Virus record (IMG/VR): IMGVR_UViG_2703718843_000008
Source: a virus
Lineage: Duplodnaviria; Heunggongvirae; Uroviricota; Caudoviricetes
DNA: 17,915 nt
Direction: 5' to 3' (one strand)
Shown here: piece by piece, positions 1-8,010 of the stretch
How positions within the stretch are numbered: position 1 is the first letter of the stretch
Layout of the letters: each line of letters begins with the position of its first letter
The notes under the pieces: model-generated
Seen by the model: only the letters and a program-made list of their open reading frames with translations
Databases searched by the model: none
What the model was told of the DNA's origin: nothing
Translations under genes and position numbers: made by a program

Positions 1-411
1 ATGCCTGCCCCCGTCGTCCTGATCCTTGCGGCCGGGCGTGGAGAGCGCTTTCTCGCCTCCGGGGGAAATACCCATAAGTGTATCGGCTGGCGTCAGTCCC
101 CGGAGGTTGCGCCTTATCGCTGGCCATTTGAAGAAAACGGGAGAACTTTCGACCTTGCGATTGAACCGCAGATTACGACTAATGATCTGCGTCTGATGTT
201 GAGGCTGGCTCTTGCCGGCGGAGGAATAACAATTGCCACTCAGGAAACTTTCAGGCCATATATTGAAAGCGGTAAGCTTGTATCGCTGCTTGATGACTTT
301 CTTCCACAATTTCCGGGCTTCTATCTGTATTTCCCACAGCGTCGCAATATTGCACCAAAGCTCCGCGCCCTGATTGACTACGTCAAAGAATGGCGGCAGC
401 AATTGGCTTAA
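1..411 (+). CDS. yagP: LysR-family transcriptional regulator, C-terminal substrate-binding-domain fragment (probable gene remnant)
   Basis: 136-aa ORF starting at base 1. C-terminal part (TFDLAIEPQITTNDLRLMLRLALAGGGITIATQETFRPYIESGKLVSLLDDFLPQFPGFYLYFPQRR) resembles the end of a LysR substrate-binding domain. No N-terminal HTH, so probably a fragment. Size and position next to an integrase/tRNA-remnant match my recollection of yagP in E. coli K-12 (unverified). Confidence 0.55.
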   Translation: MPAPVVLILAAGRGERFLASGGNTHKCIGWRQSPEVAPYRWPFEENGRTFDLAIEPQITTNDLRLMLRLALAGGGITIATQETFRPYIESGKLVSLLDDFLPQFPGFYLYFPQRRNIAPKLRALIDYVKEWRQQLA

Positions 412-537
412 ATGTCTGCACCTGCACTGCCTGATGTCAGAACAGTATTTTGATGAATTGCCAAGGTTACAATGGCACAAATACGGCACAGGAGGAAACG
501 TGGTGTATTTAAATATGGGGTAACTCTTTGATTTTAA

Positions 538-554
538 TGGTGCCGATAATAGGA
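538..554. repeat. Distal att core: 17-bp direct repeat TGGTGCCGATAATAGGA, identical to 12161..12177 (18 bp identical if 537/12160 is included)
   Basis: Exact repeat seen at both ends of the satellite. The sequence is the reverse complement of the tRNA 3' end (TCCTATTATCGGCACCA). Confidence 0.65.
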
Positions 555-671
555 ATAAAATAAAACGATAACACACTGAAAAATATACAAAAAAGAAACA
601 CACCGTTAAGTAATGCCCCCGAAAATGCCCCCATAATAGATGCCGCAGTAAGTCGACTTGTCCCAAGGACT

Positions 672-714
672 GGTAAGTAATGTCAATAGCGGGAACAAAG
701 AGACATTACTTACC
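672..714. repeat. Perfect 13-bp inverted repeat (GGTAAGTAATGTC / GACATTACTTACC), 17-nt spacer, just downstream of the PRTase gene stop
   Basis: Seen directly. No U-tract follows on either strand, so it is not a canonical intrinsic terminator. Confidence 0.4.
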
Positions 715-734
715 GAGAATGGAATCCATTTAGG

Positions 735-1961
735 TTATGCTGGCCAATCCCACTGCTGATAGGCAGAGAATAGGCGCGTGAGCTCAGCAGGCGCAAGAAT
801 ATCAACAATATTAGCTCTGTAGCTATGCGATTTACCTAATGGAACATTTTCGAAATGATTAGCTTGATAAGGATTAAAATCGTGAAGCTCACCTAATGTT
901 GAGATATCGGTATTAATAGTTTTAAGCCAAGAAACAAGAATTACTTTTGCCCCTGTTCTCTGTATGTAAGCTCTTGCCGATTCAAAACTATAGCCTCGCG
1001 TTGTTATATCATCTATAAGAAGTACTGTTTTACCAGGGCCTAAAGGTGGTTTTTTATAGGTAGTTCTAGGATTTCTGTGTGGCTTAGAATTAAGACAAAT
1101 TGTATTAAGTTGATTGCAATGGTCAATTGCAACTCCCTCATTTCTTGCTTTTTGAGATTTTTTGGAAGTCGTATGCCTTAAAATAAGATCTGGGATATAC
1201 GTCTTGCGAAAACATTTTCCAAATATTGAAATCGCTTCATCCATGATATTATTCCCATATCCTTGCTTATGCCCTGGATAAACACTAACATAATTAATCA
1301 TCTTATGAATGCCACTAAAATAGAGACTGGATATTAAGGCACTCGTCCAAAATTCAGGATGGCCTAATCCATGTTTAGCAGCACGAGCATCTTCAGAGTA
1401 AAGAGTATACTCTTCCTTCATGGTGCTGAAAGGAGCAAGTGCATAGAAATTAAAATCACCATCGTGAATTTCATGACACCAAAGATGCTCTCTTAAACAG
1501 AAGGTATCTATAAATCTAGCAATATCTTTAGGGGTTGAAAACTCGAAACCATAATCTGTTTTGTCTGCCCACCATGTAGCTCTTAAAAAGAGCAACTCAC
1601 CATTAACTGCTGTTTGCATGTCGTTTATCGAAGCACCAATGTACAAAGTTTCTGTACTTTCCCAACCCATCAAATCAAGGACATATTTTGTAGCATCCGC
1701 AGTTGGCTTCCCTGGAATGCTCTTATCTTTCGCTCGACAAAGATATTTAAATTCTCCCCAATGCTTTTGTAACACATCCTCTAAAGGGGTTCTTTCATCT
1801 CCGACAACCCACCCCCTGTTAGTGAATACAACAAACTCGATCTTTTTAGTTCTGAAATATCTAATTAATTTATCTACCTCTGCAAAGATTTCGCTATCGA
1901 TCTTTCCCTTAGGCACAAGAATATCTTCAACACTAAGAATCACACCCTTAATTTTGCTCAT
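735..1961 (-). CDS. Two-domain protein: N-terminal HAD-like domain with non-canonical motif I, C-terminal type I phosphoribosyltransferase (PRTase) domain; candidate defense effector
   Basis: 408-aa ORF, ATG preceded by AAGGAAGA. C-terminal PRPP-binding signature GKTVLLIDDITTRGYS. N-terminal HAD-like motifs (FVVFTNRGW; GKP; IGASINDMQTA) but the usual DxD nucleophile position reads SVEDIL. AT-rich. Confidence 0.85.
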   Translation of the reverse strand: MSKIKGVILSVEDILVPKGKIDSEIFAEVDKLIRYFRTKKIEFVVFTNRGWVVGDERTPLEDVLQKHWGEFKYLCRAKDKSIPGKPTADATKYVLDLMGWESTETLYIGASINDMQTAVNGELLFLRATWWADKTDYGFEFSTPKDIARFIDTFCLREHLWCHEIHDGDFNFYALAPFSTMKEEYTLYSEDARAAKHGLGHPEFWTSALISSLYFSGIHKMINYVSVYPGHKQGYGNNIMDEAISIFGKCFRKTYIPDLILRHTTSKKSQKARNEGVAIDHCNQLNTICLNSKPHRNPRTTYKKPPLGPGKTVLLIDDITTRGYSFESARAYIQRTGAKVILVSWLKTINTDISTLGELHDFNPYQANHFENVPLGKSHSYRANIVDILAPAELTRLFSAYQQWDWPA

Positions 1962-1971
1962 TTCATCTTCC

Positions 1972-3036
1972 TTAGAGATCTAAGCTCTGCTGTATCGGCT
2001 GTGCTTTTAAATCATGATTATTATTCAAAATATAATTACTCATCTCATTCAATTCAAAAGGCATTAAAAAAGATAAAGAATTTCTATTTTCTTCAGCAAA
2101 CTTCAATTCTGGTCTACTTTCATACGTAGTAGGAAGATATGGACTCGCTATCTTTTTTGCATACTTAAAAGCATAATCAACAGTATGTGATGTTCCACTT
2201 TTAATATTCCATTCGACTGGTATTAGTGAATCACATAAAGCAGCCTGGATTCTGTTGCGCCTTACAAAATTTTCTGCGCTATATGTTTGTTCAGGTAGAT
2301 ACTCGGTAACGATAGCCCCACCATTAGAAACTATTGCTCGATATAACTCTTTAGAACCTTTCGGATACTCGACAAAAATCCCATTACCCAATACCGCAAT
2401 AGTTGGAATGCCATATCTCAGCGATTCATAATGACAACATTGATCTATTCCTGTCGCCAAACCACTGACTGTTGAAACATCTTTAGAATATAGAGAAGAA
2501 ACAATCAGTTTTACTAGAAAAATACCATCATCCGTTGGCTTTCGTGTCCCCACAATTGCAACAGATTTCTTATTAAGAAGTTCATAATTACCATGAACAA
2601 AAATCCAAAATGGCGGATCGCTTATGTTCTTTAATGATTGAGGAAATGTAGCCTGATCATAAAAGGTGAGCACAATACCATTTTTATTGAGTTCACGAGC
2701 TCTCTCCAGTCCCTTAGACCAAAGGTCTTGTTGAAATGTTTCCCAAGATATATTTTTAGGCAAGGAAACTCTTAGATATCCTGCCAAGGCATCAGCTGTA
2801 TTATCTTTTAATATATTCTTAAATCCAATTTTGGATTGATAGATTTTGCGAAGCGTCCAGTAACCAACCCCCTTTAGACAAGTTAAGGCAAGAAACGCAA
2901 TAATTTCATTTTTCCAAAACTCTCTAACTTCAGTGTAATCTTTATATTCCATTTTACGTTTGCCTTTTAGATTACAACCCGTACTCAACACAAAAAATTT
3001 AGAAAATTGTTGCCAAAAGCATATTATAAATAGCAT
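1972..3036 (-). CDS. DprA/Smf-like (SLOG superfamily) protein; candidate defense partner of the PRTase protein
   Basis: Rossmann-like DprA signature VAIVGTRKPTDDG ... SGLATGIDQCCH ... TIAVLGNG ... YP ... RRNRIQAAL. Stop codon lies 10 nt before the PRTase ATG, so the two are co-transcribed. True start may be the internal ATG at 2952 (MEYKDY...); the first 28 codons are AT-rich and include a TATAAT. Confidence 0.8.
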   Translation of the reverse strand: MLFIICFWQQFSKFFVLSTGCNLKGKRKMEYKDYTEVREFWKNEIIAFLALTCLKGVGYWTLRKIYQSKIGFKNILKDNTADALAGYLRVSLPKNISWETFQQDLWSKGLERARELNKNGIVLTFYDQATFPQSLKNISDPPFWIFVHGNYELLNKKSVAIVGTRKPTDDGIFLVKLIVSSLYSKDVSTVSGLATGIDQCCHYESLRYGIPTIAVLGNGIFVEYPKGSKELYRAIVSNGGAIVTEYLPEQTYSAENFVRRNRIQAALCDSLIPVEWNIKSGTSHTVDYAFKYAKKIASPYLPTTYESRPELKFAEENRNSLSFLMPFELNEMSNYILNNNHDLKAQPIQQSLDL

Positions 3037-3317
3037 CTTACCGCAGATTTGTGAAGCAACAACATCCCTAGGAGAAACCTTAACCTAGCGGGATAACTTA
3101 CTGACCAATCCTCAGCTAGCTCATTGAATTGCCCCCATATCGCACAGCCCCGCACGCCTGCCCGCTTCGCTTAACAGACTGGTTTTCATGCACCTCATAA
3201 ATCGTCTCAGAAGCCACCAAACAAGGGCTTTCTCGTCAAAAATGGTGCATAAGACTCATGCGTTTTCATGCGCCATAGACATGCACTCATGCGCTCTCAG
3301 GCCAGCCAGGGAAAAGG

Positions 3318-3346
3318 TGTTAAAAATCCCGGTACTCGACCGGGAT
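3318..3346 (-). terminator. Intrinsic terminator of the late (sid-psu-ogr) operon
   Basis: On the minus strand, stem AATCCCGGT / ACCGGGATT with 5-nt loop, followed by TTTTAA; about 20 nt downstream of the ogr-like stop. Confidence 0.55.
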
Positions 3347-3366
3347 TACGTGAGAGTTTTTTCTAA

Positions 3367-3639
3367 TCAGACAGGAATCTGCTGACGGCTTGACAGTTTT
3401 GACGCGGAGCCATAGCGATTGAGCGTTTGCTGTTGTTTTACCAGGGTTTGTGATTTGTCTGGTTCCTGTTCATTGCGCCGGGGTTTCATGATTATCTTAT
3501 CCACACTCTCCAGTGCCGTAAATGTGCAGGAACATTCCAGATTCTGGCACTGATACCACGAGCGTTTAACTGACGGAGCTTCATAGGCTGCTGTTCTGGC
3601 GTGTGCAACTGTACCGCATTCCGGACATTTAAGTGCCAT
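3367..3639 (-). CDS. ogr: Ogr/Delta-family zinc-finger late transcription activator
   Basis: MALKCPECGTVAHARTAAYEAPSVKRSWYQCQNLECSCTFTALESV matches the P2 Ogr / P4 Delta C-x2-C ... C-x4-C pattern. ATG at 3639 is preceded by AGGAG; the ORF-track start at 3648 is a GTG. Confidence 0.85.
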   Translation of the reverse strand: MALKCPECGTVAHARTAAYEAPSVKRSWYQCQNLECSCTFTALESVDKIIMKPRRNEQEPDKSQTLVKQQQTLNRYGSASKLSSRQQIPV

Positions 3640-3644
3640 TAATA

Positions 3645-4196
3645 TCACTCCTGTATATCGTTAATGTCATTCAGGCGTTGCTGAAAACGCAGATGTTGTG
3701 CCGGAGTGTAAGAGCCCTGGCAATCACGAATCATACTGGGGTCAGGCATCAAACCGGATTCATCCAGGATCTCACGATAATCCCCGGCAATTTCAGGCGG
3801 TGTTATTGCCAGCTGGCGAACCAGAGCACTGCGTAATATACGAAACGCAACGTCAACCCCTCCGCGTCCCTTCAGGAACGGAGCCAGTGCAGATGTCAGG
3901 GCTGCCCCATTCGCCTGCATAAAATTGCTGAGAGCGGCTTCTGTGCAGGCCTCCATCAATAAATGCTGCGAGTAAATGCATTCGCGCGCAGCACAGTTAA
4001 TTTGCCATTTCAGCACATCCAGACGTTCCCGCAGTAATTCGAGCTGTCGGGCATAATCTGCTGGTTTTTCTGTGGCAGTGAGGAGAGATGCTATCTGTTG
4101 TTCAACGGCTTTTCGGCTCTCACTATGTCCGGCCCACAGAATACGGGCATTCCGAAAACTGGTAAGTGCCTGGTCAGGTGTGCCTCGGGCCGTCAT
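3645..4196 (-). CDS. psu: Psu-like polarity suppression protein (P4 family)
   Basis: 183 aa. Segments LKWQINCAA ... FMQANGAALTSALAPFLKG ... YTPAQ resemble P4 Psu as I recall it. ATGA overlap with the upstream gene; AAGGAG RBS. Confidence 0.7.
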   Translation of the reverse strand: MTARGTPDQALTSFRNARILWAGHSESRKAVEQQIASLLTATEKPADYARQLELLRERLDVLKWQINCAARECIYSQHLLMEACTEAALSNFMQANGAALTSALAPFLKGRGGVDVAFRILRSALVRQLAITPPEIAGDYREILDESGLMPDPSMIRDCQGSYTPAQHLRFQQRLNDINDIQE

Positions 4197-4936
4197 ACTG
4201 CTTTCTCCTTCTCAGCAAGTTCCTGACGAACCTTTATTTTATGCATAGCTGCCGGAGAGAGTTGATTACTGAAATCCAGACGCGCCGCATAATCCGGGGC
4301 AACTCCCGCCAGTTTAAACACCGGGTCCTGTTCAGGCATCGCATCGTTAGCCAGAGCCGGTCTGGTGATATGTTTATGAATAAAGTCTTTCAGCACTGTG
4401 TCCGGGTCATTAACTGAATTCACCACACCCACAACGGCACTGGCTTCCCGGCCCATTGTGGATTTAAGCAGGCTCAGCGTCTGAATAAGCGCTTTTCCAT
4501 GCGACTGCATAAAATCCTCCCAGATTTGTTTTGCGCGAATATCCACAAGAATGTTATGCGCGTGGATATACTTTCCGGCTAATTCCGCAGCTTTCTGCGG
4601 CAAAAGTGCATTTTCGCTTTCCTGAGCCGCCAGCAGCTCATCAAAATCCTCAAGCGTTTCTCGTCCCAGCGCAATTTCCGTGCGCAGTTTTTTCATTTCC
4701 TTTGAGACCACGCCCTGACTTTCACGAAACAGCGTGCGCCACTCCTCATTCAGTGTATTCGTCGTGGATTCCATTTCAGCGCGGCGCTGGCGGATTGTCG
4801 CAATATTATCCGCTGCCGCTTTCTGCTGACGACGTGCTTCAAGCCATGCGTTTCTGGCTGTGTTCATGGTTTCCAGTGCCCGCTGCGTTACAGCCGGAAA
4901 AGTGGAAAGGTTGTTATTCACTGCGGTGTTGTTCAT
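4193..4936 (-). CDS. sid: Sid-like capsid size determination (external scaffold) protein, putative
   Basis: 247-aa helical, Gln/Glu/Ala-rich protein directly upstream of psu and ogr. Assignment rests on size and position, not a specific motif. Confidence 0.45.
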   Translation of the reverse strand: MNNTAVNNNLSTFPAVTQRALETMNTARNAWLEARRQQKAAADNIATIRQRRAEMESTTNTLNEEWRTLFRESQGVVSKEMKKLRTEIALGRETLEDFDELLAAQESENALLPQKAAELAGKYIHAHNILVDIRAKQIWEDFMQSHGKALIQTLSLLKSTMGREASAVVGVVNSVNDPDTVLKDFIHKHITRPALANDAMPEQDPVFKLAGVAPDYAARLDFSNQLSPAAMHKIKVRQELAEKEKAV

Positions 4937-5114
4937 GACTTCTCCTGTCGGGTTGGTTCGTTACGTCAATTGTGTCGTGGCTGACACAAGCACACTATCG
5001 GTGCTCAGTGTGTGGTGGCTGGCACAACGGGCGCTTGCGGTTATTCAGACGTGGCTATGAAAGCCAGCCAGATAAAAATGCCCACTGTTTCAGTCTGCTT
5101 TATGTCCCTGATGC

Positions 5115-5311
5115 GGTGGAACAGGTGAAACATGTGTTACAGCTTTGTTTTATAAATCATTTATATACACTGCACCGGTGGAACATCGCGGGTAACAAGG
5201 TGGAACAGCGGATTGGCTGGCGTTACATCTGTTCCACCTCACTATTTCAGAAGGTGGAACAGGTTCAGCCCCTGTAAAATACGGTTGTTCCACCTGTTTC
5301 ACCTGTTACCC
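5115..5311. repeat. Iteron cluster with AT-rich tract; putative satellite replication origin / cis replication region
   Basis: At least 7 copies of GGTGGAACA / TGTTCCACC in both orientations (5115, 5177, 5199, 5230, 5253, 5286), plus GGTGAAACA / TGTTTCACC variants and an AT-rich stretch at about 5137..5170, immediately downstream of the primase-helicase gene. Confidence 0.6.
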
Positions 5312-5337
5312 TTAATAAATAAGACTCACGCAAAGCC

Positions 5338-8010
5338 TTAACCCGGCACCTCGCTGTTGAAGACATAGAGCCTGCGGGGATTCATCTCTGGCGGGCGAAT
5401 GGTTGTCTGGAGTTTGCCATCAGTGGAGGGCAGCAGGTATCCACGATCTGCGCACAGACGCGCCACCTTGCGCGGGTCAAATCCCCTGCAGATTTCTTTC
5501 CAGCCGGACGGCATGACATAAAACGTAGTGACAGCTTCCGTGCCCTGCGCGGTACTGCCTTTCTCCACCCTGCGCCAGCCCACCATATTGGCGGGACGGT
5601 TGCGCTCGTCATACCAGTCTGCAAAGCGGCTGTACTGATTCGCGGTAAAGAAACTGCGAACCTGCTCCAGTGCGGCGATATCTTCCTGATTGGCGGTGTG
5701 CCCGCGCTCTTTCAGCCATGCGTTCAGGCAGACGCGGGTTGCCCGCAATGCTTCACCCTCAGGCCAGCCGGTGATACCCAGACGGGTTGCCAGTTCACCT
5801 GCCATCGCCACCAGTGCAAAGCGGTTCACAGCCCGGCCCACCTGATTGCCTGCATCTTTCGGAGTCAGGGCGGCAGCATATTCCTTCATCAGCGATTTTG
5901 CCTGTGCCGTTAGTCCGTTAAGATCAGCGGTCAGTGCTTTCAGCCACTCCCGGAACGGCGAACCGTAGTAGCAGGACGTGGCCCATTCAAGATGCTCTGC
6001 CAGAGCCTTGCCGCTGTCGAAGCCGTGCAGCTCCTCAAAAACGCCAAACTTCCCGGAATCGCTGGGGATCTGGATCATCCTGACTTCCATCCCGGCAAAA
6101 GTACGCTCACCGGCCTTTGCCGCATGTTCGGTCAGAGATAACTCGCCAGTTGAAAAGAACAACAGGCGCCACTGCTTACGGGTACGCAGTTCACCGTCCG
6201 TACCGGCACGACTCTTGCCCTGACCGTTTGCCAGCATGTAGGCGATATTGCCTGCCTCGCGTCCGTCAACTTCCCGGATCTCATCAAGCATCATGGCGGC
6301 ATCGTTGCGGCGGCTGGCACATCCCTCCAGCGCGTTGCCGGTGGCCCGCCATGTCTGCCAGTAGTCAGGCCCGCCGCAGACGGAGGTTGCCGCTTTCATG
6401 GTGGTGGTCTTACCGTCTGTCGATTCCCCTTTGAGGTGGTAGCCGCCGCCGTCCATACCAACCAGCCGTAACAGTGGTGCAGCAAAGGCCAGGCTGACAG
6501 CAAATGCCACGCGGGAGTTGCCGGTACAGTAGCGGGATACGTTCTCCCGCCATTCCTCTGTTGTGCCCGACACGCGGAAATCACGCCCCTGCACGGAAGT
6601 GGTCTGGAGAATGACACCCTCTGCACCTTCACCGCTGACCTCATCCTGCAGGACGTAAACCTGACCATGCCAGCCAGTACGGCTGACGCAGGTCACGCGA
6701 CGTTCCGGTTTACACAGTGAGATATATTCCATCAGGCGTGCGCGTGCCTCACCGGTGGTGCTGATATAAGACAGCCCGTTAACAAGCAGTACCCGGCGCA
6801 GTTCCTCACCACTGCCGCTCAGCATTTCCATCGGCATCGCCCAGCGGCGACGCTCACCCCACGTATCTTCCCATTCCAGCAGTCGTCCGAAGTTACCGCC
6901 ATCGGCATCGCAGGTGATTGCCGTCACGCGCAGCGGGCTGCATATTTTGACGTTCTGGATCTCCGTCTCACCGTTGCGCTGTACCTGCTTTTCATACCAG
7001 AGATATTCCTGGGTAAGACGGAACCCGTGCGGCAGTTGCGTGCGGCCTTCCCCGCACAGTACCAGACCGTTGCGAAAGGCTTCACGGGCACGGGTAATAC
7101 CGTGCTCCCGATGAAAGTCATTCCAGTCAGCCTTAATCTCTCCTGGTGGCAGCGTCATCCAGCCGCCAACAGCTTTTGCCGCCCGTTCAGCAAAGGCTCT
7201 GCCGGGATTCTCCCCCCCGTCCTGAAAATCGTTATCACCGGCGATGATAATTTTTACCTCAGGCCAGCGTGCCCGCAGCGACTGCGCCACATTGGGCAGG
7301 TTGCCCGCAGATATGGCAGCCACTACGCATCCGGCAGTGAGCTGGCTTACCGTCAGCGCCGTAGCGTAACCTTCGGTAATCACCACCTGTACCGGTGGTT
7401 CAGACGGTAACGGGCTGAGCGACACAAACGCGCCTTTCATCGTGCTGCCGGGCAGTATGCTTTTTTCACCCGTCGGGGCGATAAGCTGTGCACCGGTCAC
7501 GGCTCCGGTGTTGGTCGTGAGTGGTAACAGCAGGGAACCGGCAGGAAAATCCTTACCGCTGATATGCTGCACGCTTCCGGTCAGAGAGGCCGGGTATCCG
7601 GCGAACCCTTTTCCTGCCAGATAGGCACTTTCTCCCGTGTGGCTCTCTTTCATCAGCGTCGCCACGGTAAGGCTCATGTCGCGTTTAGGGGCTTTTTGTC
7701 TGGCAGGCTTAACAGGCAGTTCCTGCACATCCGGCACATTAAGCACCTGCGCCACCTGCTGCGCAGCCTTTCTGACGTTGTAGCCGGTTACGAGCTTAAC
7801 CAGATCCAGACCGTCACCATTGCCACACTGGCTGCAGATCCACGTCCCGCGCCCGTCAAGGTCATCGAGGCGAAAACGATCCTTGCCCCCACATTTCGGG
7901 CAGGGACCGTGCCTGCCGTTTTCAGGTACATCAATACGCAGCATATGCAGAATAACGGGCCATTTCCCCCGCGCGGCGGCTGAAATCTGCGTAACCGTCT
8001 GTATTGTCAT
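5338..8010 (-). CDS. P4 alpha-like replicative primase-helicase
   Basis: 890 aa. N-terminal zinc-binding motif CPKCGG ... CSQCG; Toprim-like VVITEGYATA ... IIIAGDND; P-loop GESTDGKTTT. ATGA overlap with the upstream ORF. Confidence 0.9.
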   Translation of the reverse strand: MTIQTVTQISAAARGKWPVILHMLRIDVPENGRHGPCPKCGGKDRFRLDDLDGRGTWICSQCGNGDGLDLVKLVTGYNVRKAAQQVAQVLNVPDVQELPVKPARQKAPKRDMSLTVATLMKESHTGESAYLAGKGFAGYPASLTGSVQHISGKDFPAGSLLLPLTTNTGAVTGAQLIAPTGEKSILPGSTMKGAFVSLSPLPSEPPVQVVITEGYATALTVSQLTAGCVVAAISAGNLPNVAQSLRARWPEVKIIIAGDNDFQDGGENPGRAFAERAAKAVGGWMTLPPGEIKADWNDFHREHGITRAREAFRNGLVLCGEGRTQLPHGFRLTQEYLWYEKQVQRNGETEIQNVKICSPLRVTAITCDADGGNFGRLLEWEDTWGERRRWAMPMEMLSGSGEELRRVLLVNGLSYISTTGEARARLMEYISLCKPERRVTCVSRTGWHGQVYVLQDEVSGEGAEGVILQTTSVQGRDFRVSGTTEEWRENVSRYCTGNSRVAFAVSLAFAAPLLRLVGMDGGGYHLKGESTDGKTTTMKAATSVCGGPDYWQTWRATGNALEGCASRRNDAAMMLDEIREVDGREAGNIAYMLANGQGKSRAGTDGELRTRKQWRLLFFSTGELSLTEHAAKAGERTFAGMEVRMIQIPSDSGKFGVFEELHGFDSGKALAEHLEWATSCYYGSPFREWLKALTADLNGLTAQAKSLMKEYAAALTPKDAGNQVGRAVNRFALVAMAGELATRLGITGWPEGEALRATRVCLNAWLKERGHTANQEDIAALEQVRSFFTANQYSRFADWYDERNRPANMVGWRRVEKGSTAQGTEAVTTFYVMPSGWKEICRGFDPRKVARLCADRGYLLPSTDGKLQTTIRPPEMNPRRLYVFNSEVPG

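Noticed and set aside
672-714. Insertion-sequence terminal inverted repeat
   Set aside because: The two arms are only 17 nt apart and there is no transposase gene or target-site duplication.
1561-1983. 140-aa plus-strand ORF
   Set aside because: Lies entirely antisense within the PRTase gene, which has clear motifs and an RBS; likely a spurious ORF.
3324-3361. Plus-strand intrinsic terminator using the same hairpin
   Set aside because: On the plus strand the T-run is 9 nt away from the stem. The minus-strand reading, with the U-tract immediately following, fits the ogr-like gene better.
3188-3385. 65-aa plus-strand ORF in the gap between the ogr-like and DprA-like genes
   Set aside because: No RBS, runs through the terminator hairpin and repeat motifs; the region is better explained as regulatory or packaging DNA.
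3633-4938. Plus-strand ORFs (3633..3836, 3698..3922, 4166..4417, 4531..4938) opposite the psu-like and sid-like genes
   Set aside because: Antisense to coupled genes with good RBSs in GC-rich DNA, where long spurious ORFs are common.
4972-5277. 101-aa plus-strand ORF across the iteron region
   Set aside because: Spans repetitive iteron DNA, has no RBS, and the region is better explained as an origin.
5115-5311. CRISPR array
   Set aside because: Repeats are only 9 bp, irregularly spaced and in both orientations, with no cas genes; iterons explain them.
5382-7983. Multiple ORFs of 60..139 aa inside or antisense to the primase-helicase gene
   Set aside because: All nested in the 890-aa ORF that carries zinc-finger, Toprim-like and P-loop motifs; typical GC-rich spurious frames.
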